64,000 nucleotides of DNA, from positions 1,412-65,411 of the forward strand of contig JAFNXN010000027.1 in assembly GCA_017379015.1 (NCBI GenBank), given 5' to 3'. The translations under genes and the position numbers were made by a program. The notes under the pieces are model-generated. The model made no database searches. It was not told the DNA's origin and worked only from the letters and a program-made list of their open reading frames with translations. Source of the DNA: Alistipes sp. (lineage in GTDB: Bacteria > Bacteroidota > Bacteroidia > Bacteroidales > Rikenellaceae). Within the stretch, counting starts at the first letter, position 1. Each line of letters opens with the position of its first letter. Shown in pieces: positions 27,621 through 38,360 of the stretch.

Positions 27621-28688
27621 CTACTCTGCCTTAGACTCGCAGTAGACGCAGCGTACAACATCTTCCATCTGTTCAAAGCGTGGGCGTACAGGCTCAAGGT
27701 TCGAGATACATAGTGGGTTGGGGCACTTGCAGCCTAGAGCCTTGCCTCCATGGTCCGCCTTGCGCTCTGCGTCATTCTGCCACTCGAGCAGTTTGACGAT
27801 GAGTGCCATGCGAACAAACTTGCCGTTCTCCACCTGTCGGAAGTAGGCGGCACGAGGGTCTGAGTCTACGTCGATAGCTATCTCGTTAACACGTGGTAGT
27901 GGGTGAAGTACAGCCATGTGCTCCTTGGCACCACGCATCTTCTCGGCATCAAGCACGAAGCAGTCCTTAACACGCTCGTACTCTTCGAGGTCGGTAAATC
28001 GCTCCTGCTGCACACGTGTCATGTAGAGGATGTCAACCTCGCCAATTACGCTCTCGATGTCCGATGCCTCGCGATACTCCACGCCATAGCGATCGCATAC
28101 ATCACGCTTGATGTAGTCCGGAAGAGCCAACTCAGGAGGCGAGATAAGCACAAATTTTGTGTTCTCATAGCGCGTCATAGCCTTGATGAGTGAGTGTACC
28201 GTACGTCCATACTTAAGGTCGCCAACAAGACCTATCGTTAGGTTGTTAAGCGTGCCAAGCTCTCGCTTGATCGTAAGTAGGTCGGTCATCGTCTGCGTAG
28301 GATGGCTGTGTGAGCCGTCACCAGCGTTGATGATAGGTGTGCGCGACACCTCAGTTGCAGCAAGTGGAGCACCCTCCACCTTGTGGCGCATAGCGATAAT
28401 GTCGGCAAAGCAGTTGATAACCCTCACAGTATCCTGCACAGTCTCGCCCTTAGACACCGACGACGACTTAGCATCGGCGAAGCCTAGAACATTTCCACCA
28501 AGCTCCATCATCGCTGCCGTAAAGCTAAGGCGTGTGCGGGTACTTGGCTCATAGAATAGTGTGGCGAGCTTCTTGCCGCGACATACCTCGCTATACTTAT
28601 CTCTGTTGGCGATAATATCTTCGGCTAGGGCGATAATCTCGGCAATCTCATTTACCGATAGGTCGGTAGGGTCAATCAAATGCTTCAT
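27621..28688 (-). CDS. pyrB: Aspartate carbamoyltransferase catalytic chain with fused C-terminal PyrI-like zinc domain
   Basis: FYEPSTRTRLSF, NAGDGSHSHPTQ and LHPLPRVNEI, then tail CPNPLCIS...RCVYCE. Confidence 0.95.
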   Translation of the reverse strand: MKHLIDPTDLSVNEIAEIIALAEDIIANRDKYSEVCRGKKLATLFYEPSTRTRLSFTAAMMELGGNVLGFADAKSSSVSKGETVQDTVRVINCFADIIAMRHKVEGAPLAATEVSRTPIINAGDGSHSHPTQTMTDLLTIKRELGTLNNLTIGLVGDLKYGRTVHSLIKAMTRYENTKFVLISPPELALPDYIKRDVCDRYGVEYREASDIESVIGEVDILYMTRVQQERFTDLEEYERVKDCFVLDAEKMRGAKEHMAVLHPLPRVNEIAIDVDSDPRAAYFRQVENGKFVRMALIVKLLEWQNDAERKADHGGKALGCKCPNPLCISNLEPVRPRFEQMEDVVRCVYCESKAE

Positions 28689-28711
28689 TCTAAGTAGCTT
28701 ATTTAGTGTTC

Positions 28712-29341
28712 TTACTTAATCCAAGACTCGTCCGATGGGTTGTTGCGGAACTTAAGGATGCGTTCCTTGTCCTCAGCCTTGATGTAACCCTCATCGGCAG
28801 CAACCTCAACAAGTGCGTCGAGGTTTGAAAGCGAGTAGTTCTTAGCCTCAGCAGCAGCCAAACGATCCAAGCCCTTCTGCATGCCGTATGTGAAGATGCT
28901 CACGATGCCTAGCACATCTGCACCAGCCGAGCGCAATGCCTCAACAACCTCGATGCAGCTACCTGCTGTAGAGATTAGATCCTCAACAACAACAACCTTC
29001 TGACCCTTCTCTAGCTTACCCTCGATCTGGTTACCACGACCATGATCCTTAGATCCTGAGCGTACGTAGCCCATAGGTAGGTTAAGGATTGTTGCGGTAA
29101 TTGCTGCGTGAGCGATACCTGCTGTTGATGTGCCCATAAGTACCTCTACCTCAGGGTAGTGCTTGCGGATAAGCTCAGCAAGACCCTCCTCAACGTGGTT
29201 ACGAACCTCGGGTGCGGTGAGCGTTAGACGGTTGTCGCAATATATTGGGCTCTTAATGCCACTTGCCCATGTGAAAGGCTGCTCAGGACGCAAGAATACT
29301 GCGCCAATCGATAGCAAATCTTTAGCAATCTTCTTTTCCAT
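28712..29341 (-). CDS. pyrE: Orotate phosphoribosyltransferase
   Basis: [16 protein letters not shown] and PRPP loop [12 protein letters not shown]. Confidence 0.96.
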   Translation of the reverse strand: MEKKIAKDLLSIGAVFLRPEQPFTWASGIKSPIYCDNRLTLTAPEVRNHVEEGLAELIRKHYPEVEVLMGTSTAGIAHAAITATILNLPMGYVRSGSKDHGRGNQIEGKLEKGQKVVVVEDLISTAGSCIEVVEALRSAGADVLGIVSIFTYGMQKGLDRLAAAEAKNYSLSNLDALVEVAADEGYIKAEDKERILKFRNNPSDESWIK

Positions 29342-29371
29342 AATATCTCTTTTTTTTACGTTATTACTTTT

Positions 29372-30076
29372 TTACTCTTCAGCAAACTCTCGCATGCAAC
29401 GCTCGTATGCTGCAACAGGATCATCGGCTGCGGTGATAGGACGACCCACAACGATGAAGTCAGAGCCAATCTCGCGTGCGCGCTCTGGGGTGGTGACACG
29501 TACCTGGTCGCCAACATCGCCATCAGCGAAGCGTACACCTGGTGTCACGGTCATAAACTCCTTGCCGCAAGCCTCCTTAACCATAGCTGCCTCCAATGGT
29601 GAGCATACTACACCATCAAGACCTGCCGCCTTAGCATTCTCAGCATACTTAACGATAGTGTCGTTTATCGAAGCACCAATGAGCAACTCCTTCTGCATGC
29701 GCTCCTCTGAGGTCGAGGTGAGCTGAGTTACGGCGATAAGAAGTGGACGTGTGCCATCCTCGCGTGTAAGACCCTCGATGGCTGCCTTCATCATATCTAC
29801 AGTGCCGGCTGCGTGAACGTTGGTCATATCAACGTCGAGGTTGCGAAGCACCGACATTGCCTTCTTCACTGTATTTGGAATGTCGTGAAGCTTGAGGTCG
29901 AGGAAGATGCGGTGGCCGCGCTCCTTGATTGTGCGTACGATCTCTGGACCCTCAGCATAGAAGAGCTCCATGCCAATCTTTACAAATGGCTTGCGGCCAG
30001 TGAACTTATCAAGAAAGTTAAGTGTCTGCTCCTTGCTGCTAAAGTCGCAAGCAATAATTACATCACGCTTACTCAT
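29372..30076 (-). CDS. pyrF: Orotidine-5'-phosphate decarboxylase (subfamily 1)
   Basis: [25 protein letters not shown] and VVGRPIT. Confidence 0.96.
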   Translation of the reverse strand: MSKRDVIIACDFSSKEQTLNFLDKFTGRKPFVKIGMELFYAEGPEIVRTIKERGHRIFLDLKLHDIPNTVKKAMSVLRNLDVDMTNVHAAGTVDMMKAAIEGLTREDGTRPLLIAVTQLTSTSEERMQKELLIGASINDTIVKYAENAKAAGLDGVVCSPLEAAMVKEACGKEFMTVTPGVRFADGDVGDQVRVTTPERAREIGSDFIVVGRPITAADDPVAAYERCMREFAEE

Positions 30077-30101
30077 AATATCTTAGTTTTTAGTTGTTTC
30101 T

Positions 30102-31022
30102 TTACTTTACGATACCAATAATGTCGCTCAGACGCTCAATGCCTAGACGCTCCATCTCCTTAGGAAGTGCCTCGATAATCTCCTTTGCGGCATAGGGGTT
30201 TTTGAGGTTTGCTGCACCCACCTGTACTGCAGTGGCTCCTGCCATCATCATCTCGATAACGTCTGATGCAGAGCTAACACCACCGCAACCCATTACTGGA
30301 ATTTTGCAGGCATTCGCTACCTGATATACCATACGTACCGCTACAGGGAAGATGGCATCACCCGAGAAACCACCCATCTTATTGGCGATAACGGGCTTAC
30401 GACGCATGGTGTCGATACGCATGCCTAGCAGCGTGTTGATTAGGCAGATACCATCAGCACCAGCCTCCTCGCACGCCTTGGCAATAGCCACGATGTCTGT
30501 TACATTAGGGCTTAGCTTGATGAATACTGGCTTTGTGGTAACAGCCTTCACACGACGTGTAACCTCGGCAGCAGACTCTGGCTGTGTGCCGAAACTCATG
30601 CCGCCGTTATGCACATTTGGGCATGATACGTTAACCTCGATGATCTCCACCTGCTCCTCCTTGTCGATCTTCGCACAACACTCCTCGTACTCCTCGAGCG
30701 AGAAGCCGCTGATGTTTGCAATGATAGGGTTATGGAATATCTCGCGAAGGTGGGGTAGCTCCTCCGAGATCACCTTGTCGATACCCGGATTTTGAAGACC
30801 CACCGAGTTGATAAGTCCCGATGTACACTCAGCAATACGTGGAGTGGGGTTGCCAAAGCGGGCATCACGAGTTGTGCCCTTGAACGATATTGCGCCGAGG
30901 CAGTCAAGGTCGTAGAAGTCGGCAAACTCTCTGCCAAATCCAAATGTTCCCGATGCGGGTATAACAGGGTTGGTGAGCTTCACACCGCAAAGCTCAACCG
31001 ATGTGTCGAAGTGCTTTACCAT
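30102..31022 (-). CDS. pyrD: Dihydroorotate dehydrogenase family 1B catalytic subunit
   Basis: PASGTFG, GNPTPR, NSVGLQNPG, NVSCPN, KLSPN and CLINT. Confidence 0.95.
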   Translation of the reverse strand: MVKHFDTSVELCGVKLTNPVIPASGTFGFGREFADFYDLDCLGAISFKGTTRDARFGNPTPRIAECTSGLINSVGLQNPGIDKVISEELPHLREIFHNPIIANISGFSLEEYEECCAKIDKEEQVEIIEVNVSCPNVHNGGMSFGTQPESAAEVTRRVKAVTTKPVFIKLSPNVTDIVAIAKACEEAGADGICLINTLLGMRIDTMRRKPVIANKMGGFSGDAIFPVAVRMVYQVANACKIPVMGCGGVSSASDVIEMMMAGATAVQVGAANLKNPYAAKEIIEALPKEMERLGIERLSDIIGIVK

Positions 31023-31756
31023 ACAATCTCATCACGTTTTAGTACAGGACCATCTTTGCAGATTCGCTTGTTGCCATACTTGGTCTTGCATGTACATCCC
31101 ATGCAGGCACCGAAGCCACAGCCCATGCGCTCCTCGAAGCTATACTCGCCATCACACTCAGTGTTGTCGTACAACGCCTTGAGCATTGGTAGCGGACCAC
31201 ACGTATAGAGGTAGTCATACTGAATGCCATTCTCGCGAATAGCATCTGTCACGAAGCCTCGTGTACCCTCTGAGCCATCTGCCGTAGAGCAGTAGACATC
31301 CACGCCCAGAGCCTTGAACTCCTCAAGGTAGAAGATCTCCTCGCGGGTGTTAAAACCAAGGACTACAGTTGGATGCTTACCCTCAGATAGTAGGCGCTTG
31401 CATAGGTTGTAGAGTGGAGGAACTCCAACACCACCACCTACGAGCAGCGGTGACTTAGCATCGTTCTCGGTATTGAAACCATTGCCAAGACCTGTGAGTA
31501 TGTCGAGCTTGTTGCCCGCACCCATTGTGCGCATCTGCTCAGTACCACGACCCACCACCTTATATATTATAGTGATGGTATTAGCATCGTAGTCCGATAC
31601 CGAGATAGGGCGACGTAGATACTTACCCTCGAGCTCGATGTTGACAAACTGTCCCGAGCGAGTTAAATACTGAGTATCGCCCTCCAACACCATACGGTAA
31701 ACCGCAGGTGTTAGAGGCTCGTTACTTAGAATTGTATATATATCCTTCTTGTACAT
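31016..31756 (-). CDS. pyrK: Dihydroorotate dehydrogenase electron transfer subunit
   Basis: LRRPISV, GGGVGVPP and EERMGCGFGACMGC...RICKDGPV (2Fe-2S). Confidence 0.95.
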   Translation of the reverse strand: MYKKDIYTILSNEPLTPAVYRMVLEGDTQYLTRSGQFVNIELEGKYLRRPISVSDYDANTITIIYKVVGRGTEQMRTMGAGNKLDILTGLGNGFNTENDAKSPLLVGGGVGVPPLYNLCKRLLSEGKHPTVVLGFNTREEIFYLEEFKALGVDVYCSTADGSEGTRGFVTDAIRENGIQYDYLYTCGPLPMLKALYDNTECDGEYSFEERMGCGFGACMGCTCKTKYGNKRICKDGPVLKRDEIVW

Positions 31757-34700
31757 TATTCAGCGTCGATTGTCGATACACCCAATGTTATCTCCTCCAA
31801 TACGTCGAGAAGCACGCTTACGGTCTCGAGTGCTGTGAAGATTGTCACGTTGTTCTCAACGGCACAACGACGGATGTCGTAGCCATCGAGACGTGCGCTA
31901 TGCTGGTTGATATCGATGGTGTTGATAACATAGTTTACGTGACCCTTGCGTATAGAGTCAAAGATCTCTGTTGAACCCTCGCTGAGCTTCTTGAGCATAC
32001 GTGTGCGGATGCCATTCTCGCGAAGATACTTAGCTGTACCGCTTGTAGCCTCGATGTTGAAACCAAGCTCGTAGAATCGACGGATCAATGGCAGTGCACG
32101 TGGCTTGTCAGCATCGGCAATAGAGATAAATATTGTACCGTAGTTAGCGATGGTCATACCTGACGACTGCAACGACTTGTACAATGCACGGCGCAACGAG
32201 GTGTCGTAGCCGATAGCCTCACCCGTAGACTTCATCTCAGGCGAGAGGTATGAGTCAACGCCACGAATCTTGGCGAACGAGAATGCTGGGGTCTTAACAT
32301 ACCAACGCTTCTTCTCGTCGGCAATAACCTTATCCACGCCCTGCTCCTTGAGGCTCTTGCCGAGCATCACGTTGGTAGCGATATTTGCCATAGGCATGCC
32401 TGTAGCCTTCGAGAGGAATGGCACGGTACGTGACGAACGTGGGTTCACCTCGATGACATAGACCATATCGTTGTCATCGGCGATGAACTGGATGTTGTAA
32501 AGACCGATGATGCCGATCTCCTTACCAAGACGAATTGTGTAGTCAATGATTGTATCCTTAACCTTCTGGCTTACGCTGAATGTTGGATATACGCTAATTG
32601 AGTCACCCGAGTGGATACCTGTGCGCTCTACGTGCTCCATGATACCAGGGATGAATACATCCTTGCCATCGCAGATTGCATCCACCTCAAGCTCCTTACC
32701 CATGATATACTTATCAACCAATACTGGCTGGTCCTCGTTTACCTCTACAGCAGTCTTGAGATAGTGGCGCAATGCCTCCTCGTTCGACACGATCTGCATT
32801 GCACGTCCACCGAGCACGTAGCTTGGACGAACCAATACTGGGTAGCCAATACGCTCTGCGGCTGCCACACCACGCTCAATGTCGGTGATAGCCTCAGCAT
32901 CTGGCTGAGGGATACCCGCCTTGCGCATGATAGCCTCGAAGCACTTGCGGTCCTCAGCATTGTTGATAGCCTCGATGCCTGTACCGATGATCTCTACGCC
33001 GAGATCTGCCAAAGGCTTAGCAAGGTTGATAGCTGTCTGACCACCGAGCGAAACAACCACGCCCGTAGGCTTCTCAAGCTCGATTACGTTCATCACATCC
33101 TCCACGGTTAGTGGCTCGAAGTAGAGCTTGTCGCTTGTGGTGTAGTCGGTAGATACGGTCTCAGGGTTATTGTTGATGATGATAGCCTCATATCCAGCCT
33201 CACGAATAGCCCAGATGGCATGAACGGTAGAGTAGTCAAACTCCACGCCCTGACCAATACGGATAGGACCTGAGCCAAGAACGACGATCTTCTTGCGAGG
33301 TGTCACGATAGACTCATTCTCCTGCTCGTATGTTGAGTATAGGTATGGTACCTTTGAGTCGAACTCAGCTGCGCATGTGTCGATCATCTTATATACTGGG
33401 AAGATGTTGTTCTTCTTGCGAAGTAGGAACACCTCTGACTCTGTCATCTCCCACACTCTGCCAATATACTTGTCGCTAAAGCCCATGCGCTTAGCATCGC
33501 GAAGTACCTCCGCATCGCCAACATTTGCCTTCACAACATTCTCCATCTCCACGATATTCTTAAGCTTCTCGAGGAAGAAGAGGTCGATCTTGGTGTTGTC
33601 ATATACGTGGAGGAGGTCTACACCGCGACGAATGAGCTCTGCGATAGCGTAGATGCGATCATCAGTGCCCTTACGTATATATGCCAAGATGCCCTCTACG
33701 GACATAGTGTCGAACTTCTTGTGGTAGATGTGGCAAACACCTGTTTCGAGCGAACGCACAGCCTTCAACAGACCCTCCTCGAAGGTGCGACCAACCGACA
33801 TTACCTCACCTGTAGCCTTCATCTGTGTGCCGAGCTCGTTAGATGCGTCGCTGAACTTGTCGAATGGGAAGCGAGCAACCTTTGTTACGATATAGTCGAG
33901 CGTTGGCTCAAAGCTAGCAGGTGTATTTGCAATGCGAATCTCATCAAGGGTCATACCCACTGCCACCTTAGCAGTAACACGTGCGATAGGGTAGCCACTA
34001 GCCTTTGATGCGAGTGCCGAAGAGCGGCTTACGCGAGGGTTAACCTCGATGATGAAGTATTTGAACGATAGTGGGTCGAGTGCAAACTGCACGTTACAAC
34101 CACCCTCAATCTTAAGAGCGCGGATGAGCTTTAGGGCACTCGAACGAAGCATGTTGTACTCCTTAGCAGCAAGTGTTTGGCTAGGAGCAACCACGATAGA
34201 GTCACCCGTGTGAATACCCACAGGATCGACATTCTCCATCGAACAGATAGCGATAGCCGTGTCATTCTTGTCACGCATAACCTCAAACTCGATCTCCTTG
34301 TAACCCTTGATGCTCTTCTCAACAAGCACCTGATGGATAGGCGACAGTGCAAGGGCATTGCGCATAACATCGCGAAGCTCCTCCTCGTTGTCGGCAAAAC
34401 CACCTCCAGTACCACCGAGCGTAAATGCTGGACGAAGAACGACTGGATAGCCGATCTCCTTAGCAGCCTCGATACCCTCCTCAATAGAGTTGGTGATGCG
34501 TGATGGGATCACTGGCTCGCCAATGCGCAAGCATAGCTCCTTGAAGAGCTCACGGTCCTCAGCCTCCTCGATAGAGGTGAACGAAGTACCCAAGATCTCC
34601 ACGCCACACTCATCCAAGATACCCTTCTTGGCTAGTTGCACGGCAAGGTTAAGACCTGTCTGACCACCAAGACCAGGTACGATAGCGTCGGGACGCTCGT

Positions 34701-34938
34701 AGCGGATGATCTTAGCTACATACTCGAGTGTCAATGGCTCCATATATACCTTGTCGGCAATATGGGTATCTGTCATGATGGTTGCTGGGTTCGAGTTAAC
34801 GAGGATAACCTGATAACCCTCCTCCTTAAGTGCAAGACATGCCTGTGTTCCGGCATAGTCAAACTCGGCAGCCTGACCAATCACAATAGGGCCAGAGCCG
34901 ATAACCATTACTTTCTTTATATCTGTTCTCTTAGGCAT
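31756..34938 (-). CDS. carB: Carbamoyl-phosphate synthase large subunit
   Basis: [27 protein letters not shown], two ATP-grasp halves and a C-terminal MGS-like domain. Confidence 0.97.
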   Translation of the reverse strand: MPKRTDIKKVMVIGSGPIVIGQAAEFDYAGTQACLALKEEGYQVILVNSNPATIMTDTHIADKVYMEPLTLEYVAKIIRYERPDAIVPGLGGQTGLNLAVQLAKKGILDECGVEILGTSFTSIEEAEDRELFKELCLRIGEPVIPSRITNSIEEGIEAAKEIGYPVVLRPAFTLGGTGGGFADNEEELRDVMRNALALSPIHQVLVEKSIKGYKEIEFEVMRDKNDTAIAICSMENVDPVGIHTGDSIVVAPSQTLAAKEYNMLRSSALKLIRALKIEGGCNVQFALDPLSFKYFIIEVNPRVSRSSALASKASGYPIARVTAKVAVGMTLDEIRIANTPASFEPTLDYIVTKVARFPFDKFSDASNELGTQMKATGEVMSVGRTFEEGLLKAVRSLETGVCHIYHKKFDTMSVEGILAYIRKGTDDRIYAIAELIRRGVDLLHVYDNTKIDLFFLEKLKNIVEMENVVKANVGDAEVLRDAKRMGFSDKYIGRVWEMTESEVFLLRKKNNIFPVYKMIDTCAAEFDSKVPYLYSTYEQENESIVTPRKKIVVLGSGPIRIGQGVEFDYSTVHAIWAIREAGYEAIIINNNPETVSTDYTTSDKLYFEPLTVEDVMNVIELEKPTGVVVSLGGQTAINLAKPLADLGVEIIGTGIEAINNAEDRKCFEAIMRKAGIPQPDAEAITDIERGVAAAERIGYPVLVRPSYVLGGRAMQIVSNEEALRHYLKTAVEVNEDQPVLVDKYIMGKELEVDAICDGKDVFIPGIMEHVERTGIHSGDSISVYPTFSVSQKVKDTIIDYTIRLGKEIGIIGLYNIQFIADDNDMVYVIEVNPRSSRTVPFLSKATGMPMANIATNVMLGKSLKEQGVDKVIADEKKRWYVKTPAFSFAKIRGVDSYLSPEMKSTGEAIGYDTSLRRALYKSLQSSGMTIANYGTIFISIADADKPRALPLIRRFYELGFNIEATSGTAKYLRENGIRTRMLKKLSEGSTEIFDSIRKGHVNYVINTIDINQHSARLDGYDIRRCAVENNVTIFTALETVSVLLDVLEEITLGVSTIDAE

Positions 34939-36019
34939 GTTTTTCGTCCTCCATCAGTTTAATGAATTTATCAAAAAGGTATGTGTTGCTTGCCTCAGGT
35001 GTGCAGTCTGGCTGATACTGTACCGAGAATACCTTGTCTGCTACAGCCTCGATGCCTGCTACGGTGTTGTCGAGAAGGTTGCGGTGAGTAACGCTGAGTG
35101 CAGTGCCCTCGAGCGATGCCTCGTTGACTACGAAGTTGTGGTTCTGCGATACGATCTCTAGCTTACCATTCTCAAGGCACTTCACTGGGTGGTTGCCTCC
35201 ATGGTGACCAAACTTAAGACGCTCATTCTTCGCACCGTATGCCATGGCGATAATCTGATGGCCAAGGTCTACGCCAAAGATTGGTAGCTTGCCACGAAGG
35301 GCCTCGATAGCCTTGCCAACTGCTGGAACGTCGGCTGGGTCGCCAGGACCATTTGAGATAAAGATACCATCTGGGTTAAATGCCATGATCTCCTCAGGTG
35401 TTGAGTCGAAAGGCACGATGGTCACGTTGCACCCCTTGGTGTTGAGTTGACGGATGAAGCTATACTTAATACCGCAGTCGATAGCCACAACATCCCACTT
35501 GTGGTTGGGCGTACGTGAGAACCAACGCTTCTTGCAACTGATGCGCTCAACCTGATTGTGCTGAGGTGCGCTTGTGCGAATAAGCTCCAACGCCTCCTCG
35601 AGCGAGGTGTTGATATCTACGATAACTGCCTTCTGAGTACCCTCGTTACGGATGATGCGTGTGATCATTCGTGTGTCTACGCCATGGATGCCAGGGATGT
35701 CTAGCTCCTCGAATGTCTCGTTCATGGTCTTGGTGTAGCGGAAGTTGCTTGGTGCCTCACAAAGCTCACGAACCACCATACCGCCCATGGTTGGGAACTT
35801 ACTCTCGAAGTCCTCGTCCATAAAGCCGTAGTTGCCCATAAGTGGGTAGGTCATCACTACAATCTGGTCGGTGTACGTCGGGTCGGAAATGATCTCCTGG
35901 TAGCCCACCATCGAGGTGTTGAATACAATCTCGCATACCGTTGTGCGGTTCGAGCCGAATCCATAGCCTGGAAACTCCTTGCCGTTTTCAAGTACAAGTT
36001 TCTTGGTAAAAGGTTTCAT
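34931..36019 (-). CDS. carA: Carbamoyl-phosphate synthase small subunit with substituted glutaminase triad
   Basis: [30 protein letters not shown] and SQNHNF are present, but GVDLGHQ and QYQPD replace canonical GICLGHQ and QYHPE. Confidence 0.93.
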   Translation of the reverse strand: MKPFTKKLVLENGKEFPGYGFGSNRTTVCEIVFNTSMVGYQEIISDPTYTDQIVVMTYPLMGNYGFMDEDFESKFPTMGGMVVRELCEAPSNFRYTKTMNETFEELDIPGIHGVDTRMITRIIRNEGTQKAVIVDINTSLEEALELIRTSAPQHNQVERISCKKRWFSRTPNHKWDVVAIDCGIKYSFIRQLNTKGCNVTIVPFDSTPEEIMAFNPDGIFISNGPGDPADVPAVGKAIEALRGKLPIFGVDLGHQIIAMAYGAKNERLKFGHHGGNHPVKCLENGKLEIVSQNHNFVVNEASLEGTALSVTHRNLLDNTVAGIEAVADKVFSVQYQPDCTPEASNTYLFDKFIKLMEDEKHA

Positions 36020-36037
36020 CTAACTTGCTTTTTTATA

Positions 36038-37309
36038 TTATTTGTTGTTATTTTCGTAAACTACGTTGCCACGATAGATAGTCATCGCAATGTCGCCCTT
36101 CATCTCTCTACGGTCGAACATCGTGACCTTGCCTTGCGAGTAGAACTTGCTACTATCTACGGTCCACTCCTTATTAGGGTCGAGAAGGACTATGTCGGCA
36201 CGATCGCCAGGCTTGATGCCTCCCTCGATACGGAAGACCTTGCGAGGGTTGATACTCATCAGCTCGATAAGTCGCTCAAGGGTAATGACGCCATTGTTTA
36301 CTAGGTGTGTGTTGAGTGCTGCAAAGGCAGTCTCAAGACCTACAATACCCATAGCACTATCCTTCAATCCCTTTGACTTCTCCTCTAGACTGTGTGGTGC
36401 ATGGTCTGTGGCAATCATATCTATTGTACCATCCTTTATGCCCTCGATGAGTGCCGCGCGATCTTCGGCTGAGCGAAGGGGTGGATTCATCTTCCAGCGT
36501 GCATCCTCCTCAAGATCCATATCTGTGAAGATTAGGTAGTGAGGGCCTGTCTCGCAGGTCACCTTCACGCCACGCCTCTTTGCTTGACGCACTAGCTCCA
36601 CAGTCTCCTTCGTGGAGATGTGGCAAACATGGTAGCGGCAACCTATGCGCTCGGCAATCTCGATGTCGCGACGAACCTGCTCCCACTCGCTCTCCGAGCA
36701 GATGCCCTTATGTCCGTGTAGGCGAGCATACTCTCCATCGTGGATATAGCCACCACGAAGTAGCTCTTCAACCTCGCAATGAGCAGCAATCAGCGAGTCG
36801 TACTTCACCGCTTCGCGCATAGCACGCTCCATCATGCCGTCAACCTGTACGCCACTACCATCGTCCGAGAAGGCACATACCTTGTCGTGCAGCGATGCAA
36901 CATCCACTAGCTCCTCGCCCTTACGCCCTATGGTAATTGCTGCGTAGGGTAGTACCTCGATCTTAGCATCACGATCGATAATCTCTTGCTCAGCTTTAAG
37001 GTTCTCCACGCTGTCGGGCACAGGGTTAAGGTTGGGCATGGGACACACTGTGGTGTAACCGCCACGTGCTGCCGCCATAGTGCCTGTAGCAATGCGCTCC
37101 TTGTAGCCAAAACCTGGCTCGCGGAGGTGTACGTGAACGTCGACAAATGCTGGTGCTACAATAAGACCCTCTGCATTGATGACGGTGTCATCTTGCTTAG
37201 TGTCAATATTTTTGCCTACCTCTGCGATGCGACCGTCGATGATTGCGATATCGCACTTCTCGGCTCCTACGATCGAGCCATATTTGATGATTGTTCTGTT
37301 ACCTCCCAT
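36038..37309 (-). CDS. pyrC: Dihydroorotase (type I)
   Basis: DVHVHLREPG, MPNLNP, HVCHIST, KMNPPLR and ATDHAPH. Confidence 0.95.
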   Translation of the reverse strand: MGGNRTIIKYGSIVGAEKCDIAIIDGRIAEVGKNIDTKQDDTVINAEGLIVAPAFVDVHVHLREPGFGYKERIATGTMAAARGGYTTVCPMPNLNPVPDSVENLKAEQEIIDRDAKIEVLPYAAITIGRKGEELVDVASLHDKVCAFSDDGSGVQVDGMMERAMREAVKYDSLIAAHCEVEELLRGGYIHDGEYARLHGHKGICSESEWEQVRRDIEIAERIGCRYHVCHISTKETVELVRQAKRRGVKVTCETGPHYLIFTDMDLEEDARWKMNPPLRSAEDRAALIEGIKDGTIDMIATDHAPHSLEEKSKGLKDSAMGIVGLETAFAALNTHLVNNGVITLERLIELMSINPRKVFRIEGGIKPGDRADIVLLDPNKEWTVDSSKFYSQGKVTMFDRREMKGDIAMTIYRGNVVYENNNK

Positions 37310-37312
37310 ACT

Positions 37313-37340
37313 ATAAAAAACAAGCGGCCCAAAGAGCCGC
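37313..37340 (-). terminator. Attenuator-type terminator just before pyrC
   Basis: Minus strand GCGGCUC-UUU-GGGCCGC-UUGUUUUUU, ending a few nt before the pyrC ATG. Confidence 0.75.
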
Positions 37341-37345
37341 CAATA

Positions 37346-37450
37346 TCAATTAAAAACAATAATTCCAAATGAATTGAAACCTCGACAACAATTGCCCGAC
37401 TGCTTGCCTCGCAACTTAAAATTGGGGTGATTGTTTTCTACACGCTTCAT
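37346..37450 (-). CDS. Putative pyr leader peptide, 34 aa (MKRVENNHPNFKLRGKQSGNCCRGFNSFGIIVFN)
   Basis: Translated by hand. Lies between the -7 box (37468-37475, minus) and the terminator, with its stop 5 nt before the hairpin. Confidence 0.55.
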   Translation of the reverse strand: MKRVENNHPNFKLRGKQSGNCCRGFNSFGIIVFN

Positions 37451-37467
37451 AGTTGATTAAATTTGCG

Positions 37468-37608
37468 CAAAGATAAGTATTTTTTATCAACCATACAACA
37501 TTTTTGTGCTTATAATCGAATATTTTTTTTGGAGTTCTGAAATGTTAAAAAAAAGTTGAAAAAAGTGTATCTAGACTTTTTTTATTCGGTTATTAATTTG
37601 TATCTTTG
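37468..37608. promoter_or_regulatory. Divergent promoters of the pyr and pur operons
   Basis: TATCTTTG on minus at 37468-37475 and TATCTTTG on plus at 37601-37608. Confidence 0.7.
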
Positions 37609-37612
37609 TTGC

Positions 37613-37792
37613 ATGAATTATTTATTGGGTCAATACCGCGTATCTTTTTCATCGCACAGGCGATTCCGAACCGAGATTAAGGTTGGGTCTGGATGTGTGG
37701 AGAGAGGTGTATGTTTCAATATTGAAATTCAGACCTTTGATGCTAACCCTTTGACCGTATTGTGTTCGGAGTATCAAAGTTGTAAGGAGTAA
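37613..37792 (+). CDS. Putative pur leader peptide, 59 aa, possibly leaderless
   Basis: ATG is 4 nt after the -7 box and the TAA abuts the terminator stem. Confidence 0.45.
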   Translation: MNYLLGQYRVSFSSHRRFRTEIKVGSGCVERGVCFNIEIQTFDANPLTVLCSEYQSCKE

Positions 37793-37831
37793 GACCGTCG
37801 GGATGTTGTGTGCCGACGGTCCTTTGTTTTT
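37793..37831 (+). terminator. Attenuator-type terminator before purE
   Basis: gaccgtcgg/ccgacggtc followed by ctttgttttt. Confidence 0.8.
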
Positions 37832-37860
37832 GAAAATTTGAATTATAAAACACAGATATT

Positions 37861-38328
37861 ATGAAAGTTGCAGTTATTATGGGTTCTACCAGCGACTGGG
37901 ATGTAATGAAGGCCGCAGTCGAGACACTTGAGGAGCTTGGTATCGAGTACGAGAAGCGTGTAATCTCAGCTCACCGAACTCCACATCTTATGGTTGAGTA
38001 TGCTGAGTCAGCTCGCGAGCGTGGCATTGGTGCCATCATTGCTGGTGCTGGCGGTGCTGCTCATGTTGCTGGCGTAACAGCGGCGTTGACCACAGTTCCT
38101 GTTATTGGTGTGCCAATCAAGACCTCGGCACTTGGAGGTATGGACTCTTTGCTATCGATTGTGCAGATGCCTGGTGGTATCCCAGTGTCAACTACTGCTA
38201 TCAATGGTGCAAAGAATGCTGCGCTTATCGCTGCATCGATCTTCGCTCTTACCGATAAGGCTCTTGAGGATCGCTTGATAGCATTCCGCAAGGCACAGAC
38301 CGAGAAGGTGCTTGCATCAGAACTTTAA
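37861..38328 (+). CDS. purE: AIR carboxylase / N5-CAIR mutase PurE
   Basis: [21 protein letters not shown] and [11 protein letters not shown]. Confidence 0.96.
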   Translation: MKVAVIMGSTSDWDVMKAAVETLEELGIEYEKRVISAHRTPHLMVEYAESARERGIGAIIAGAGGAAHVAGVTAALTTVPVIGVPIKTSALGGMDSLLSIVQMPGGIPVSTTAINGAKNAALIAASIFALTDKALEDRLIAFRKAQTEKVLASEL

Positions 38329-38360
38329 TCCCAAAAATAACCTCCTACAAAACCCCGATT

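Noticed and set aside
34931-36019. carA as a pseudogene
   Set aside because: No frameshift or stop, full length, host-like codons, non-catalytic motifs conserved and overlap with carB retained.
37556-37612. TTG-started extension of the pur leader ORF
   Set aside because: It spans the promoter -7 box, so it would not be on the transcript.
37613-37831. Guanine, ZTP or PRPP riboswitch call
   Set aside because: The conserved core sequences of these classes were not recognisable by eye, so it is left as an unassigned leader.
37861-38328. Absence of purK as a novelty
   Set aside because: PurK-less pur operons are common in anaerobes living at high CO2.
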